A stretch of 64,000 nucleotides of DNA from the human T2T-CHM13v2.0 reference genome, Homo sapiens. Shown piece by piece: positions 26,491 to 46,662 of the stretch; within the stretch, counting starts at the first letter, position 1, and every line of letters starts with the position of its first letter. The notes beneath the pieces were generated by a model. That model did not search any database. It was not told where the DNA came from and saw only the letters and a list, made by a program, of their open reading frames with translations. The stretch is from the NCBI RefSeq assembly GCF_009914755.1, contig NC_060947.1; one strand, 5' to 3'. The translations under genes were made by a program, and so were the position numbers.

Positions 26491-29400
26491 AGGAGCCAAT
26501 TATAATCTTGAAAGACATAGTCTCAAAAGCCATAATCCTCAAAATTAAAATCCCAAATTTTATCATCCTGAAATAATTCTGGAAAAAATAATTTAAAATA
26601 AATTTACATTTTGGAGACCAAGCTGAGCAAGATGGTGAAATAGAAGGCTCTATTGATCATCCCCTCCATAAAAAAAAAACACCAATTTAACAACTCTCTA
26701 CACACAAAAAAAGCACCTGTATAAGAGCCAAAAATCAGGTGAGCACTCACGATACCTGGTTTTAACTTCATATCACTGAAAGAGGCACTGAAGACGTAGA
26801 AAAACAGTCTTGAATTGCCAATACTACCACTCCCTGATCCACCAGCATTGGAGGCATGGCGCAGAGAACAGTTCTCCGTGCTGGGGGCAGGGGGCTGGGG
26901 TGGGGAAGGAGAGTATAGGAGTTGTGAGGCACTTAACTCACTGCTGTCCCGTTGAAGCAGGAAAGAAAACCAGACCAAACTCAGCTGACACGCACCCATG
27001 GAGGGAGCATTTAAACCAGCTCTAGCCAGAGGGGAACTGCAGATCCCAGTGGTCAGAACTTGAGTTCCTGCATGCCTCACCACCGTGGACTTAAGTGCTC
27101 TGGGGCTCTAAAGAAACTTGAAGGTCAGTCTAGGCTGCAACTCCTAGCTGAGTCCTAGTGCTGAACTGGGCCCAGAACCAGAGGAATGGGAGGGCACAGG
27201 AACTACTCATATACCAGCTAGGGAAGCTAAGGGAGTGCTTGGATCTCTCCTCTAAAGCCAGGTGGCAGAGTTTGTGGCTCCAAAGAGATCCCATCCTTCT
27301 GTTTGAGGAGAGGTGAGGAAAGAGTGTGGAGAATTTTATCTTGCATCTTGGATACCACCTAAGCAACAGCATGATAGGGCACTGGTCAAAGTTGTGAGGC
27401 CTCTTTTCCAGGCCCTAGTTCCTGGACAAACCCTTGGCCAGAGGGAACCCACTGCCTTCAAGGGAAGGACCCAGGCCTGACAGCATTCATCATCTGCTAA
27501 ATAAATAGTTCTTGGTCCCTGAATAACCAGCAGTGATACCCAGGAACCACATCAAGGGCCTTGGGTAAGCTTCTGAGACATATTGGCTTCAGGTGAGACT
27601 CAGCACATTCCCTGCTGTGGCAGCTAAGGGGTAAGACTCCATCTACTTGATAAAAGCAAAGGAAAAAGTAAAGGGGCCTTCATCTTGCACCTTAGATACC
27701 AGTTGGCCACAAAAGGTAGAGAAGCAAGTGGGCTCCTGAGGTCTCTGATTTCAGGAATTGATTCTCGGATTGCATTTCTGGACCTATCCTAAGAAAGAAG
27801 GGGGCCCACTGCCCTAAAGAGTGAGTCCCAGCCCAGGAAGCATTTACCACAAACTGACTGAAGAGCCCTTGGGCTTTAAGAGAACATCAGTGGTAGTCTG
27901 GAAGTACTCTCCATTGGCCTGTGGTGGTGAGAGCCATGGGGTAAGGCTCCCCTGCTTTTGGAAAGTGGACAGAAGAATGAGAAGGATTGCTTCTTGTAAT
28001 TTGAGTGCCATCTCCGCCTCAGTAAAATAGAACACCAGGTAGATTTCTAAGGATTTTGACTCTGGTAACTGGATCCAGGACAACACCTCTGGACCTGCTT
28101 AGGGCCTAGGAGAACTTGCCACCCTGAAGGGGAAGACACAGGCCCGGCTGACTTTGCCACCTGCTGATTGTAGAACCCCAGGGCTTTGAGTGAACATAGT
28201 CAGTAGCCAGGGATTGGTTAGAGCAGGTCATGGGTGAGACCCAGTTCTGTGTTGCCTTCATGTCTGACCCAGCACAGTCATAGTGGTGGTGGCCACCAGG
28301 GGTACTTGTTTCACTTCACCCTCAGCTTTAGTTGGCTCAGAACAAAGAGAGAGCCCATTTGTTTGAGAGAAAGTAATGGAAGAGAACAAGGGTCTATGCC
28401 TGTTAATCTAGAAAATTCTTCCAGATCCAGCCCAAGACTATCAAAGCAGTACCTCTATGAGTCTGCAAGGACCGTAGAATTATTGGGCTTGGGGTACCAC
28501 CTAAAGCAGATACAGCTTTGATCACGGTACTCAAGTCTTTCCAAATATCTGGAAAACCTACCCAAGAAGGGCAGAAACAAATAATACCAGACTGTGAGGT
28601 CTACAATAAATACCTAACTCTTCAATGCCTAGAAACAGATGAACATCTGCAAGTATCAAGACCATCGAGGAAAACATGACATTGCCAAAATGCATTAAGT
28701 AAGCCACAGGCTTTGTTTCTCCTGGAGAAACAAAGATATGTGAAATTTCAGACAGAGAAGTCACGATAAGTGTTTTTAGAAAACAATGAAATTCAGGATA
28801 ATATAGAGAAGTAATTCAGAATTCTATCAGATAAACTGAAATAATTTAAAAAAATCAATCGGAAATTCTGAAGACAAATAATGGAAGTTATACACTAAAG
28901 AATTCATCAGAGTATTTTAATAGGAGAATTAATCTAGCAGAAGAAAACATAGCAAGCTTGAAGACAGGCTACTTGAAAATACAGTCAGAGGAGACAAAAG
29001 ACAAAAAAAAATGATGCATACCCAGAGAATCTAGAAAATGTCTCAAAAGTGAAAATCTAAGAGTTATTGGCCTTAAAAGGAGGTAGTGAAAGAGATAGGT
29101 AGAAAGTTTATTCAAAAGGATAATAACAGAGAACTCCCTAAACCTAGGGAAAGATATCAATATCCAACTACAAGAAGGTTATAGAACACCAAGCAGATTT
29201 AATCAAAAGAAGTCTATCTCAATGCATTTAATATTCAAACCCCCAAAGATCAAGGATTTAAAAACAGGTTCCAAAAACAGCAAGAGAAAAAAAATATTAT
29301 TCAATGAAGCTCCAATGTCTGGCAGAAGACTTTTCAGTGGAAATCTTACAGGTGAGGAGAGAGAGACATGACATATTTATAATACTGAAAAAGAAAAAAA

Positions 29401-32400
29401 ACCTACTACCCTCGAATGGTATATCTGGCTAAAATATTCTTTAAACATGAAAGAGAAATACTTTCCCAAACAAACAAAAGCTGAAGAATTTAATTATCAC
29501 CAGACCTGTCCTACAAGAAATGATAAAGGGAATACTTCAATGAGATAGAAAAAAAATGTTAATTAGCAGTAAATAATTACCTGAAGGTACAAAACTTACT
29601 AGTAAATACACAGAAAAACCCACAATATTATAACAGTGGTGTGTAAACTACTTTTATCCTAAGTAGAAATACTAAACAATAAACCAATCAAAACTAATAA
29701 CTAGAAAAACTTTGAAACCATAGAGAGTACAATAAGATATAAATAGAAACAACAAAAAGTTAAAAAGTGGGGGAATAAAGTTAAATCATAGAGTTTTTAC
29801 TACTTTTCATTTTTTGTTTGTTTATTGTTTATGTGACAGTTTGCTATTTTAGCCTAAAATAATAGTATTTGCAAGCCTCATATAACCTCGACCCAAATAA
29901 TCTATAACAAATACACAACAATTAAAAAAAAAGAAGATAACCATATCACCAGAGAAAATGACCTTCAGTAAAAGGAAGATAGGAATAAAAGAAAGAAAGA
30001 AGAGAAGAACACACACAAAAAAACAGAAAACAAATTATAAAATGTTAAGAATAAGTCCTTACTCATCAAAAATAACATTGAAAATAAATGGACTACATTT
30101 TTCCAATCAAAAAATTAAATGGATAAAAACACATAGTGGCTAAATGGATTAAAATGCAAGACCCAATGGTCTGCTGTCTAAAAGAAACTCACTTCACTTA
30201 TAAAGACACACATAGACTGAAAATAAAGAGATGAAAAATGATATTTCATGATAACGAAAAACAAAATAGATCAGGAGTAGCTATATTTACATCAGTCAAA
30301 ATAGATTTCAAGACAAAAACTTTAAGAAGAGACAAAGAAGCTATAAAACTATAAAATGATAAGGAGTAAGTAGAACTGATCAACAAATTCAGTAAAGTTG
30401 CAGGATACAAAATAAACATATAAAAATCAGTAACATTTCTATATGCCAACAGTGAACAATCTGAAAAAGCAATTTGAAAAGGAATCCCATTTACCATAGC
30501 CAAAAGAAAACTAAATAGTTAGAAATTAACTTAACCTCAGAAGCTAAATATTTCTATAATGAAAATTAAAAAACAGTGATTAAAGAAGTTGAAGGGGACA
30601 CACACACAAAATGCAGAGATTGTCTATGTTAGTGGATTGGAAGAATCAATATTGTTAAAAAGTTCCAAGGCAATCTTGAGGTTCAGTGCAATCCCTATCA
30701 AAACATGAATGACATTCTTCATAGAAATAGAAAAAAAAAACACCCTAAAATTTATATAAAACCACAAAAGACCCAGAATATACAAAGCTATCCAAAGCAA
30801 AAAGAACAAAACTGGAAGAATCACATTACCTAACTTCAAATTATACTACAGAGTTATAGTAACCAAAATAATATGGTACTGGTATAAAAAAAGACCCACA
30901 GAGTACTTGGATAGAATTGAGAACTCAGAAATAAATCCATATCCCTACACTGAACTCATTTTCAACAAAAGTGTCAAGAACATACACTGTGGAAAAAGCA
31001 GTCTCTTGTATAAATGATGTGGGGAAAATTGAATATCCATATGCAGAACAATGAAACTAGAACCCTTTATCTCACCATATATAAAAATCAAATCAAAATG
31101 GATTAAAGACTTAAATATAAGACCTCTAACCATGAAACTGCTACAAGAAAATAGCGGGGAAAATCTCCAGGTAATTGGTCTGGGAAAAAATTGCTGAGTA
31201 ATATCCCACAAGCACAGGCCACCAAAGCAAAAATTGACAAATGGGATCGCATCTAGTTAAAAAAAATCTGCACAGCAAAAGAAACCATCAACAAAGTAAA
31301 GAGACCACCTACTGAATGGGAGAAAATATTTCTAAACTACTGATCTGACAAGGATTTAGTCCCCAGAATATATAAGGAGTTCAAAAAACTCTATAGGAAA
31401 AAATCTAATAATCCCATCGAAAATGGGGAAAAGATCTGAACAGACATTTCTGAAAAGAAGACATACAAATGGCAAATGGAGATATGAAAAGTGCTCAATA
31501 TCATTGATCATTAGAGAAATACAAATCAAAACTACAATGAGATGTCATCTCATCCCAGTTAAAATGGCTTATAACCAAGGCAGGCAATAAGAAATTCTGA
31601 CAATCATGTGGAGAAAAGGGGACCCTTGTACATTGTTTGTAGGAATGTAAATTAGTACAACCACTATAGAGAACAGTTTGAAGGTTCTTCAGAAAACTAA
31701 AAATAGAGCTACCATATGATCCAGCCAACCCGCTGCTGGGTATATACTCTCCAAAAAAGGAAATCAGTATATTGAAGAGATACCTGCACTCCCATGTTTG
31801 TTGCAGGATTGTTCAGAATAGCCAAGATTTAACAACAACCTAAGTGTCCATCAACAGATGAATAGATAAAGGAAAATTTGATACTTATACAGAATGGAGT
31901 ACTATTCAGCCATAAAGAGGAATGAGATCCAGTCAATTTCAACATGTATGGACCTGGAGGTCATTATGCTAAGTGAAATAAGCCAGGCACAGAAAGACAA
32001 ACATCACATGTTCTCACTTATTTGTGGGATCTAAAAATAAAAACAATTGAATTCATGGAGACAGAGAGAAGAAAGACAGTTACCAGAGGCTGGGAAGCAT
32101 TGTGGTGTGGTAGCGGTGAGGTGGAGATGGTTAATAGGTTCAAATAAATAGAAAGAATAAGACCTATTATTTGATAGCACAACCGGGTAAATATAGTCAA
32201 TAGTAATTTAACTGTACATTTAAAAATAATTTAAAGAGTATAGTTGGATTGTTTGTAACAGAAAGGATAAATGCTTTAAGGAATGAATACCCCATTCTCC
32301 ATGATGTGATTATTATGCACTGCCTGCCTGTATCAAAACATCTCATGTATCCCATAAATATATACATCTACCATGTACCCACACAATTAAAATGAAAAGC

Positions 32401-33540
32401 TTTTAACAAGTTTAAAAAAATAAAATAACAGGTATTAAAAAATAAAATAACAGGTATGAAAATTACATTTTAAAGGGATGTTTATTTGAGAAATCTAAAA
32501 ACACAGCAGAAGAGTTCCCAGGCCACTTTATGTGATACAATAGGCAATAATAACATATATATTTTTTTGCGAGCATAAGCACTGCAGTATACTAATGACA
32601 GTCAAATAAGTAAACCAGTTATAAGCAGATGAGGTGTATTCATATAGAAATAGGTCAAAAAGAGAAATACATAATTGCATATAACTGTGGTGGGTAATTG
32701 TGCGCGCTCAGCTGTATAACTGCAGTCACTTGAAATACTGTGGTGAACAACCTAAGACTTTTGACAAGATTGATCAAAAATCGCAATGGGTCACCACCTC
32801 ATGTGCAGTCATTCATAGAGCTGAGATCTCGAGAAGTTTTACCTTTCGCAAATGCACATGTACAAAAGGACATCTCTTCATTTATTGAGGAAGTTTCAAC
32901 ATTTTACATACACAATGCTTACCCACAAAGTCAAAGTTGTGATAATGCACTTTTGTGGAGTCAAATTTCTGACAGGCAACGTAGCAAAGCCTCTCCCTGT
33001 TCTCAGAGAGAGACCAAATCGCCTTCTGTATTTTCTCTCTCCTGATTGAATGGTGCCCACCAACACTAACAGCAGATCTTTCCTATATAGTCCACTCAGA
33101 CTCACTCATGAATCTCCTCTGCAAACACCCTCACAGACACACTCAAAGTAATACTTTACCAATTTTCTATGTATTCCTTAATCCAGCCAAGTTGACATCT
33201 ATCATTAAGTACGTAAGTCCACTCCTTGTCAACTTTTCACCAATATTCATCTCCTTAAACCATAATTTTCAAATAAAGACAATAACACTTCACATGATAC
33301 AACTAACATGTTTCAATTATCTTGTATACAACTAAAAACATACTAATCTTTTACTCAGAATTCTGTTTTCAGAATTTTAACATTCAGGATTTTAATTTTG
33401 GGGGAATGCAATTTTCAGGATTTTAGACATTAGATATTTTAGGCTGAAGGAATTCTGACTTTAGGGATTTTGATATTTTAGGATTTCAGCTTCCTAATTA
33501 TGCTGTTTGGGACTGTGTTTCAGGATTATGACCCAAACCC
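26491..33540 (-). mobile_element. Ricksha (MULE-MuDR) DNA transposon in two pieces (26491-26611 and 32472-33540), split by an L1
   Basis: Termini aggagccaattataatc... and ...gattatgacccaaaccc with subterminal aaatccc/gggatttt repeats. Degenerate 9-bp TSD gttaatatc / attaatatt. Internal MLT2/HERV-L-derived segment at ~32990-33350. Confidence 0.8.
26612..32458 (+). mobile_element. L1MA2-like, 5' end intact, large internal ORF2 deletion
   Basis: 5'UTR (gagcaagatgg), ORF1, EN start, jump at ~30367 to the end of RT, L1MA1-3-type 3'UTR. TSD core ttacatttt (26603-26611 / 32463-32471). Confidence 0.85.
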
Positions 33541-34399
33541 ATTAATATTACCATCATCATTACTGTGAAAAGAAGATGAGATATATGAGAAAGAGAGAAA
33601 GCTTGGCAAATAAAAAGTTATTCAGTGGATGGCTCTTCAAAGCTGAAGGGACGTGTAAATGAGTAAAAAAAAAAGCTGAAAATGTATTAAAATGAAGATA
33701 AATGAGGAACAAAATCAAGAAGATAAAACATGGGTAACTTATAAAAGGGCCTTAAAGCTAAAAACTGTTAATGTCTTTATCAAGAAATTGGGATGTTGTT
33801 CTCAGGGTATTTAATTATAGACTTGAGCAAATCACTTTTCCTCTCTAGGTTTTCTTATTCATAAAGTAAGGGAAATAAACTTCTCTTTATCTTAAAGAAA
33901 GTTCTCCTCTGATCTTAAATTCTAAATTAAATCTGATACAAGTATTGGTGGTTAGGCAGTTGAGAATTTTAAGAAAATGAGGAAAACCGTTCGAACAGTT
34001 CACAGAAATGAAAAGACATTTAGGCTAAAGAGCATGTGAAGTGAACTCAAACTGCTGACAGTGTTTTTGTTGTTGATACGTAAAGTCAGATCAGGGATGA
34101 ACTGTGATGTTGGAGATAGCACCGGTAAAGAAACCCCTTTTTAACATATGTCGAAATACGGGTGGAAAAACCGACCAAAAGAAGAGTGGGAAGTAACTGT
34201 ACATTTATTTTTTCAAAACAATTTAAAGAAGCAAAGAAGCAAATTACCCAGCTAAGCCCTGTAACTGAAAGCCTCTTTCAGGGATAGTTTTTTGCCCTTC
34301 GATATCGGCCCATCAACACTTAACACACAGTGCCTGATACAGAAATGTCACCTAGTAACTGATAATAAGAAGTTAAAAATATATATTGTGCCACCCAAA

Positions 34400-34785
34400 A
34401 CGCCTTCTCTTGCTTCCTACGTCCACTTAAGTCTGTTTCACCTCTCCATTCCTACTCTTCCTTCCCTGAGACAGACTTTCTCTTGCAAGAACTTTCAAAG
34501 TAGTTGTCTCTCAGATACATCTTTCCTCTGATCTGTCTTTCAAAATGAGGTTTAAATCACCTTTCTGAAACCCATATCTAATCTTGTCACTTTAGCAATG
34601 GTTATTTACAAGATGAAGTCCAAATTTGTTATTATGGTGTCACAATTTATCTCAATACCCTTTTCAGCCTTACATTGAACATTTTCCTCCTCCCCCTACT
34701 CATTTCTCACACATCATAGTTGCTGCCTGCCTAGTCTTCTCCAGTGCCTAGCACTGAGTAGCCAGAATAAGTGCTCAGTTTATTT
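34400..34785 (+). mobile_element. L2 3' fragment
   Basis: ctccagtgcctagcac...gtgctcag is L2 3' end-like. Confidence 0.5.
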
Positions 34786-36557
34786 TCTATGGGAGTAATT
34801 AACTTAAACTCTTTATGTGTACGTCTATATTATAAAAATCTTTCACATTTTTGCTGAGCATTCCAGAGGGGAAACCATGAGTACGTCTCTCCATATTTTG
34901 TTATTGAAAAGAGCCAAAAATTTGCATATAGAACACACGCATCTATCATTGCTTCATCTAACAGGTTAAAATGGCTTTAAAATTATTCATTTATATTGAT
35001 GTTACCTTTGGAAATTTTATTGGAAAATTTACTCTGCAAGGCAAAAGACTGAATGATTTTATGATAATCAACATACTTCCCAAGCACATTGCTCACTCGG
35101 ATGTCTAATTAAGGAGTTTTAGCCTAAAACTGTAAATACTCTAGGAAATCAATTTATTATTATTTTTTATTTATAAACAACTGCAATTTCAAAGTGGCAA
35201 ACTAAAAATCTAGAAAAAAAAAGCGAAAATATTTGACATGGAAATATCGTCCAAAAAATCCAAAACAATTCATAAAAAAATATTTTCCTAAGAAAGAAGC
35301 ACTTGGAACCCAATCAAAGTTTCAGGTGCTTATTTGTGATAGATGTTTTTCTGATATCTACCAACTGTAATCATAGGGACTTGTTCCTGAAAAAACAAAA
35401 CAAAACAAAAACAACAACAACGAAAACAGAGAAGTAAGCTAAAAGCCTAAATTGTAGGTGTGTTCTAACCACTATTAACAGCCATTTCCTCATATTTGAA
35501 ACTTCACTGTATACGTTAAATGAATGTGCTCTTGATTAAACCTATCGAAAGCTGTTTTTCCTGGATATTCTTCAAACTTTAAATTAAGGTAACCACAGGG
35601 AAACTTAAACGATGAACACAACTGGGAAAATTATTTTAGGAAGCTAAATCTAACCCCAAAGAATCTTGATATAAAGGTAACGTTTTATCTTTTTGAAATG
35701 TTAACTCAATCAAATATTGCTTCCTACATGTTGAGGGTTTTACTGTCAACTGTATAATATGAGTAAATAAACACTTGATGATGGTTTGGCTAACTTTTAG
35801 GTAACACATTGTTTCATAAAATCCATGCAAATTTAAATAAAATCAAATTTGTAAAGACAACAATCATACATTTGTTAGGATTTGAATTTGATCAGAGGGG
35901 ACATTAAGGCTTTTAGACAGAAATACAGCAATTAAACTTACAGCCATGTTATGTTCTCTCTTACAAATCTAAAATGTGGGTTCAAAAACCTTTCTTTAAC
36001 AAGCATCCTTAGAGACTGTAATCCAATTTGGAATGAGAATACAAAAAAAAAAAAAAAACAAAAAAAAAAACCTAAGAAATGACTGGTATTTTTACGTTGA
36101 TGAATACCTGAAAGTGTATATACTCCTACTGTTCATAAATCTTGATGCTGCAAACACTTTATTCTTTGTTCCTGCAGGATACATTTATCAGCTTCATAAG
36201 TCTGCTTTCCATTTCATAACTTAAACAAGAAAAAAATTTTAGATAGTTTTCAAAATATTCTCCACATTTTCCATTTATTCTCTACGTTGGGTAGATGTAT
36301 GTGCAGTTGTTGCTATTTGTCCTCACTACATTTGTTTCTATTCCATTTTATCTGTCCAGATTTCCAACAACGTAATATTTCATGTTTTTGTCACTCGTAT
36401 GTAATATGAAGTATCCTTCTGCAGACAGGGTTAAGTTAATAGCTTCAAAAGCAAACATAAATGTTTGTTTTTCTAGACCTACAGAGGGTACTGCTAACAG
36501 GATCTCAAGGTTTGGTGACAACCTAAAATTCTTTACACAGTGGCCCATCTCGTAGCT

Positions 36558-37126
36558 TGCAGTAGCCATTATTCAAAAGTGGCATCCCAATGAAACACAC
36601 CATCTGTTAAGAGCTGGTATAATCCCCTTCAACACTGAAATTGAGCTGGCTATGTGTAACAAATAGAATGTAGTAAAAGTAACAGTGAGAAACATCCAAG
36701 GCTAGGTTATAGTAAACCTTCTAGCTTCTGCATTGATCTCTGGCAACATATTCCCTGACAGAAGCCAGCCACCATGCAAGAATTGACAACTTGAAAGCTC
36801 TTTGCAGTAACAAAGCTCAAGCCAGCCATGTGGAGAGTCCGGAGAGGAAGAATAAGATGCCTAGCCAATTCTCATGTCTTCCCAACATCCCAACTAAAAC
36901 GTTAGCCATGTGAGTGAAAAAGTCGCCTTGGACATGCAGTCCAGTCTGACCTTTGGATGCCTCCGTCTCCAGTTATAAACTGTACTTCAACTACATGAGA
37001 AACTCTAAACAAGAGTCACCCAGCTAAGCCCAGTAAACACACAGAAATAAAGGAAATGACAACAGATAACTATTTCATTTCAAGTCACGAAGTCGCATTT
37101 TATGCAGCAATTAGATAACTGATACA
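36558..37126 (+). mobile_element. MaLR LTR (MLT1G/H-like)
   Basis: aatagaatgtag...cagctaagccca...tatgcagcaattagataactgataca terminus. Confidence 0.75.
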
Positions 37127-37994
37127 TTAATTTTTGGCTTTGAATCTGAACGTGTAAAGGTAGTTTTTATTCACCTTTTTTCACTATAGGATTTTGAGCT
37201 TTACAAACAGTTTTCAGTGTAAAATAAGACATGAAATATTAGAAACCTTAACAGAAGGCCATGGATAATGAAGGAATGACCAGAGGGAATTAGAGAAAAG
37301 TGACATAAAAGTCTGATGGGGTCCAAAGGAAAGAGGGATTGAAAGAAGGGAAGTCCACAGAGAATGATTACTAACAGATTAGTAACAGGTAGGCATAGCC
37401 CTGTAAGTAGCTCATAGAATCTTGAAAGAAGGTCAAACTGTTTAAGAAGTAGGTGAGGTTAGTCTGAAATTTTCCACTCCAGCTTGACTTTGTATTGGTT
37501 GTAAGAAATGACTTGAGCCTAAAGAAAATAATTATTGTACCTGTCTGTGGAATTTTATGTTTGAACAAAAATCAGATTCTTTTTCAGTAATAAACAAGAT
37601 TGTCCATTTTTCCCTTTGTATTAATAGCAGAATGAAAAACAAGCAAAAAGCCAAGGAACCTTTCTACTGCAATAAGTTCTTATTCCTATTTTACACTGTC
37701 TCTAACCTTCTGGCAAAGATGCCACACCATACATTAAATATGTGATAAGAGTTAAACAGTTATTTTATTAAAATTAGAGTTAAAAATCATTGTATTAAAA
37801 TTATTTACCAATTTAATCCAGTTTCATATCTAGCTTTAGAAAAACAAATTTCAAGAAGAAACTGAAGTGCACAAAGTGTTTGGATTTTTGTTTTGTTTTA
37901 CTTAAAAAGAAAGAAAGCACAATACATGATTGCTCTATGAGAAAATTAAATGTATCATTTACAATATTAAAATTTTCAATAAAAACTATTCTTC

Positions 37995-38527
37995 TTTACA
38001 GTTTATTAGTGTTATTGATACATAATAATTGTATATATTTAAGGGGTACATGTGATATTTAGATCCATGCATATAATGCATAATGTTTAAATCAGGGTAT
38101 TTAGCATATACATCACCTCCAACATTCATTATTTCTTTGTGTCAGTTTGTCATAGCATAACTAAGATGAAGACCTTGTGTTTCTGGAATGGAGAAAATCT
38201 GCATTCAGAGACAGACTAGTGATTTCTGTGCTGGTGTTTATTAATATCTTTCCAATTGTATCAATTCCTCTTATCAACTCAATTGCATCAATTCCAATTC
38301 TATCAATTCCTGTTAAAGTATATTCCTCAAAAATAAAAAAAATAAATTTTCTCTTCTAGCTATTTTGAAATATGCAATAAATTATTGATAGCTATAGCCT
38401 CCCTGCTGTGCTATAAAACAACAGAACTTATTGCTTCTGTCTAATTATGTCTGTATCCATTAGCCAAAATCTCTTGATTCTCCCGTCCTTCCTACCCTTC
38501 CTAGACTCTGATAACCACCATTCTACT
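37995..38527 (-). mobile_element. L1MA (MA5-7-like) 3' end with a ~200-bp foreign insert
   Basis: 3'UTR reverse complement at 37995-38143 resumes at ~38345. Confidence 0.7.
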
Positions 38528-38539
38528 CTCTACTTCCAT

Positions 38540-45723
<7,184 letters not shown>

Positions 45724-45876
45724 CTCTACTTCCATGTTTAAAAAACATTTAGAAAGAAAATAGATTATAAAAAGAGAGTGTTTACTGAAAAAGCAAGATG
45801 TTTTCAAAAACAAGTTTATCATGTAGGAAACTGGCAATAAGTAAATAATTTTAAACCATATAATTGAAAAATGTGC

Positions 45877-45912
<36 letters not shown>

Positions 45913-46662
45913 CCCTACAATTCCCATGATCTGACTTCTGATTCTGAATAACATGTTTGTAGTTTCAGGCCAATAGTACCACCACAACAAGTAGAAACAG
46001 CCTGATAAATTACAAAACATATTTTTAAAGGAATCAGAGATGTAAAAGCAAGGATAAGTAAGCGAACTAAAATATATTTTTTAAAAGGTGTGGGAGGCAT
46101 TTTCTGGGATGAGTTGATTATCTCCAGTTATTACTTCCCTGGGAGTATACCTATTCTCTGTGTACCAAATGTATCCGACTTTCCCAGGTTGCAAACTACC
46201 CTAGGCAGAATGCCCCTGCTAACAGGAAAATCAGAAAAGCTTTCTGTGGTTCTTTGCAGCTGGCTAATATGGCAAATTGAACAATTAAAGAAACCAAAAC
46301 ACAAAGTCAAGATTCAATATGAGACATTTCCTTAATTCTGGTGTAGTGCAGGTGGCTAGAAAACTAAGCAGAAAGTTTATGAAAGGCAGAAAAAAGTCTT
46401 CCTGATTTTTCTGGGCTTAGGAAATAAATACATTCTCCAAGTATATGGCCGTGTGCCAGTACTGAATCAATCAGAGGTAAGAAGTTAGCAAACTAAGCTA
46501 GAACATTTAAAGGGCAGAACTAGATTTCCTAAAGGACCCAGGAGACTAAAACAAATCAAGGTCCCAATCAGAGACCTTTCTAGAAAGACCATGCCTATGA
46601 CCAGAAAAGACCAGAAGACCAGAAGGTAGACTTAGTCTCAGAAACTGAAAACAACTAGCACA

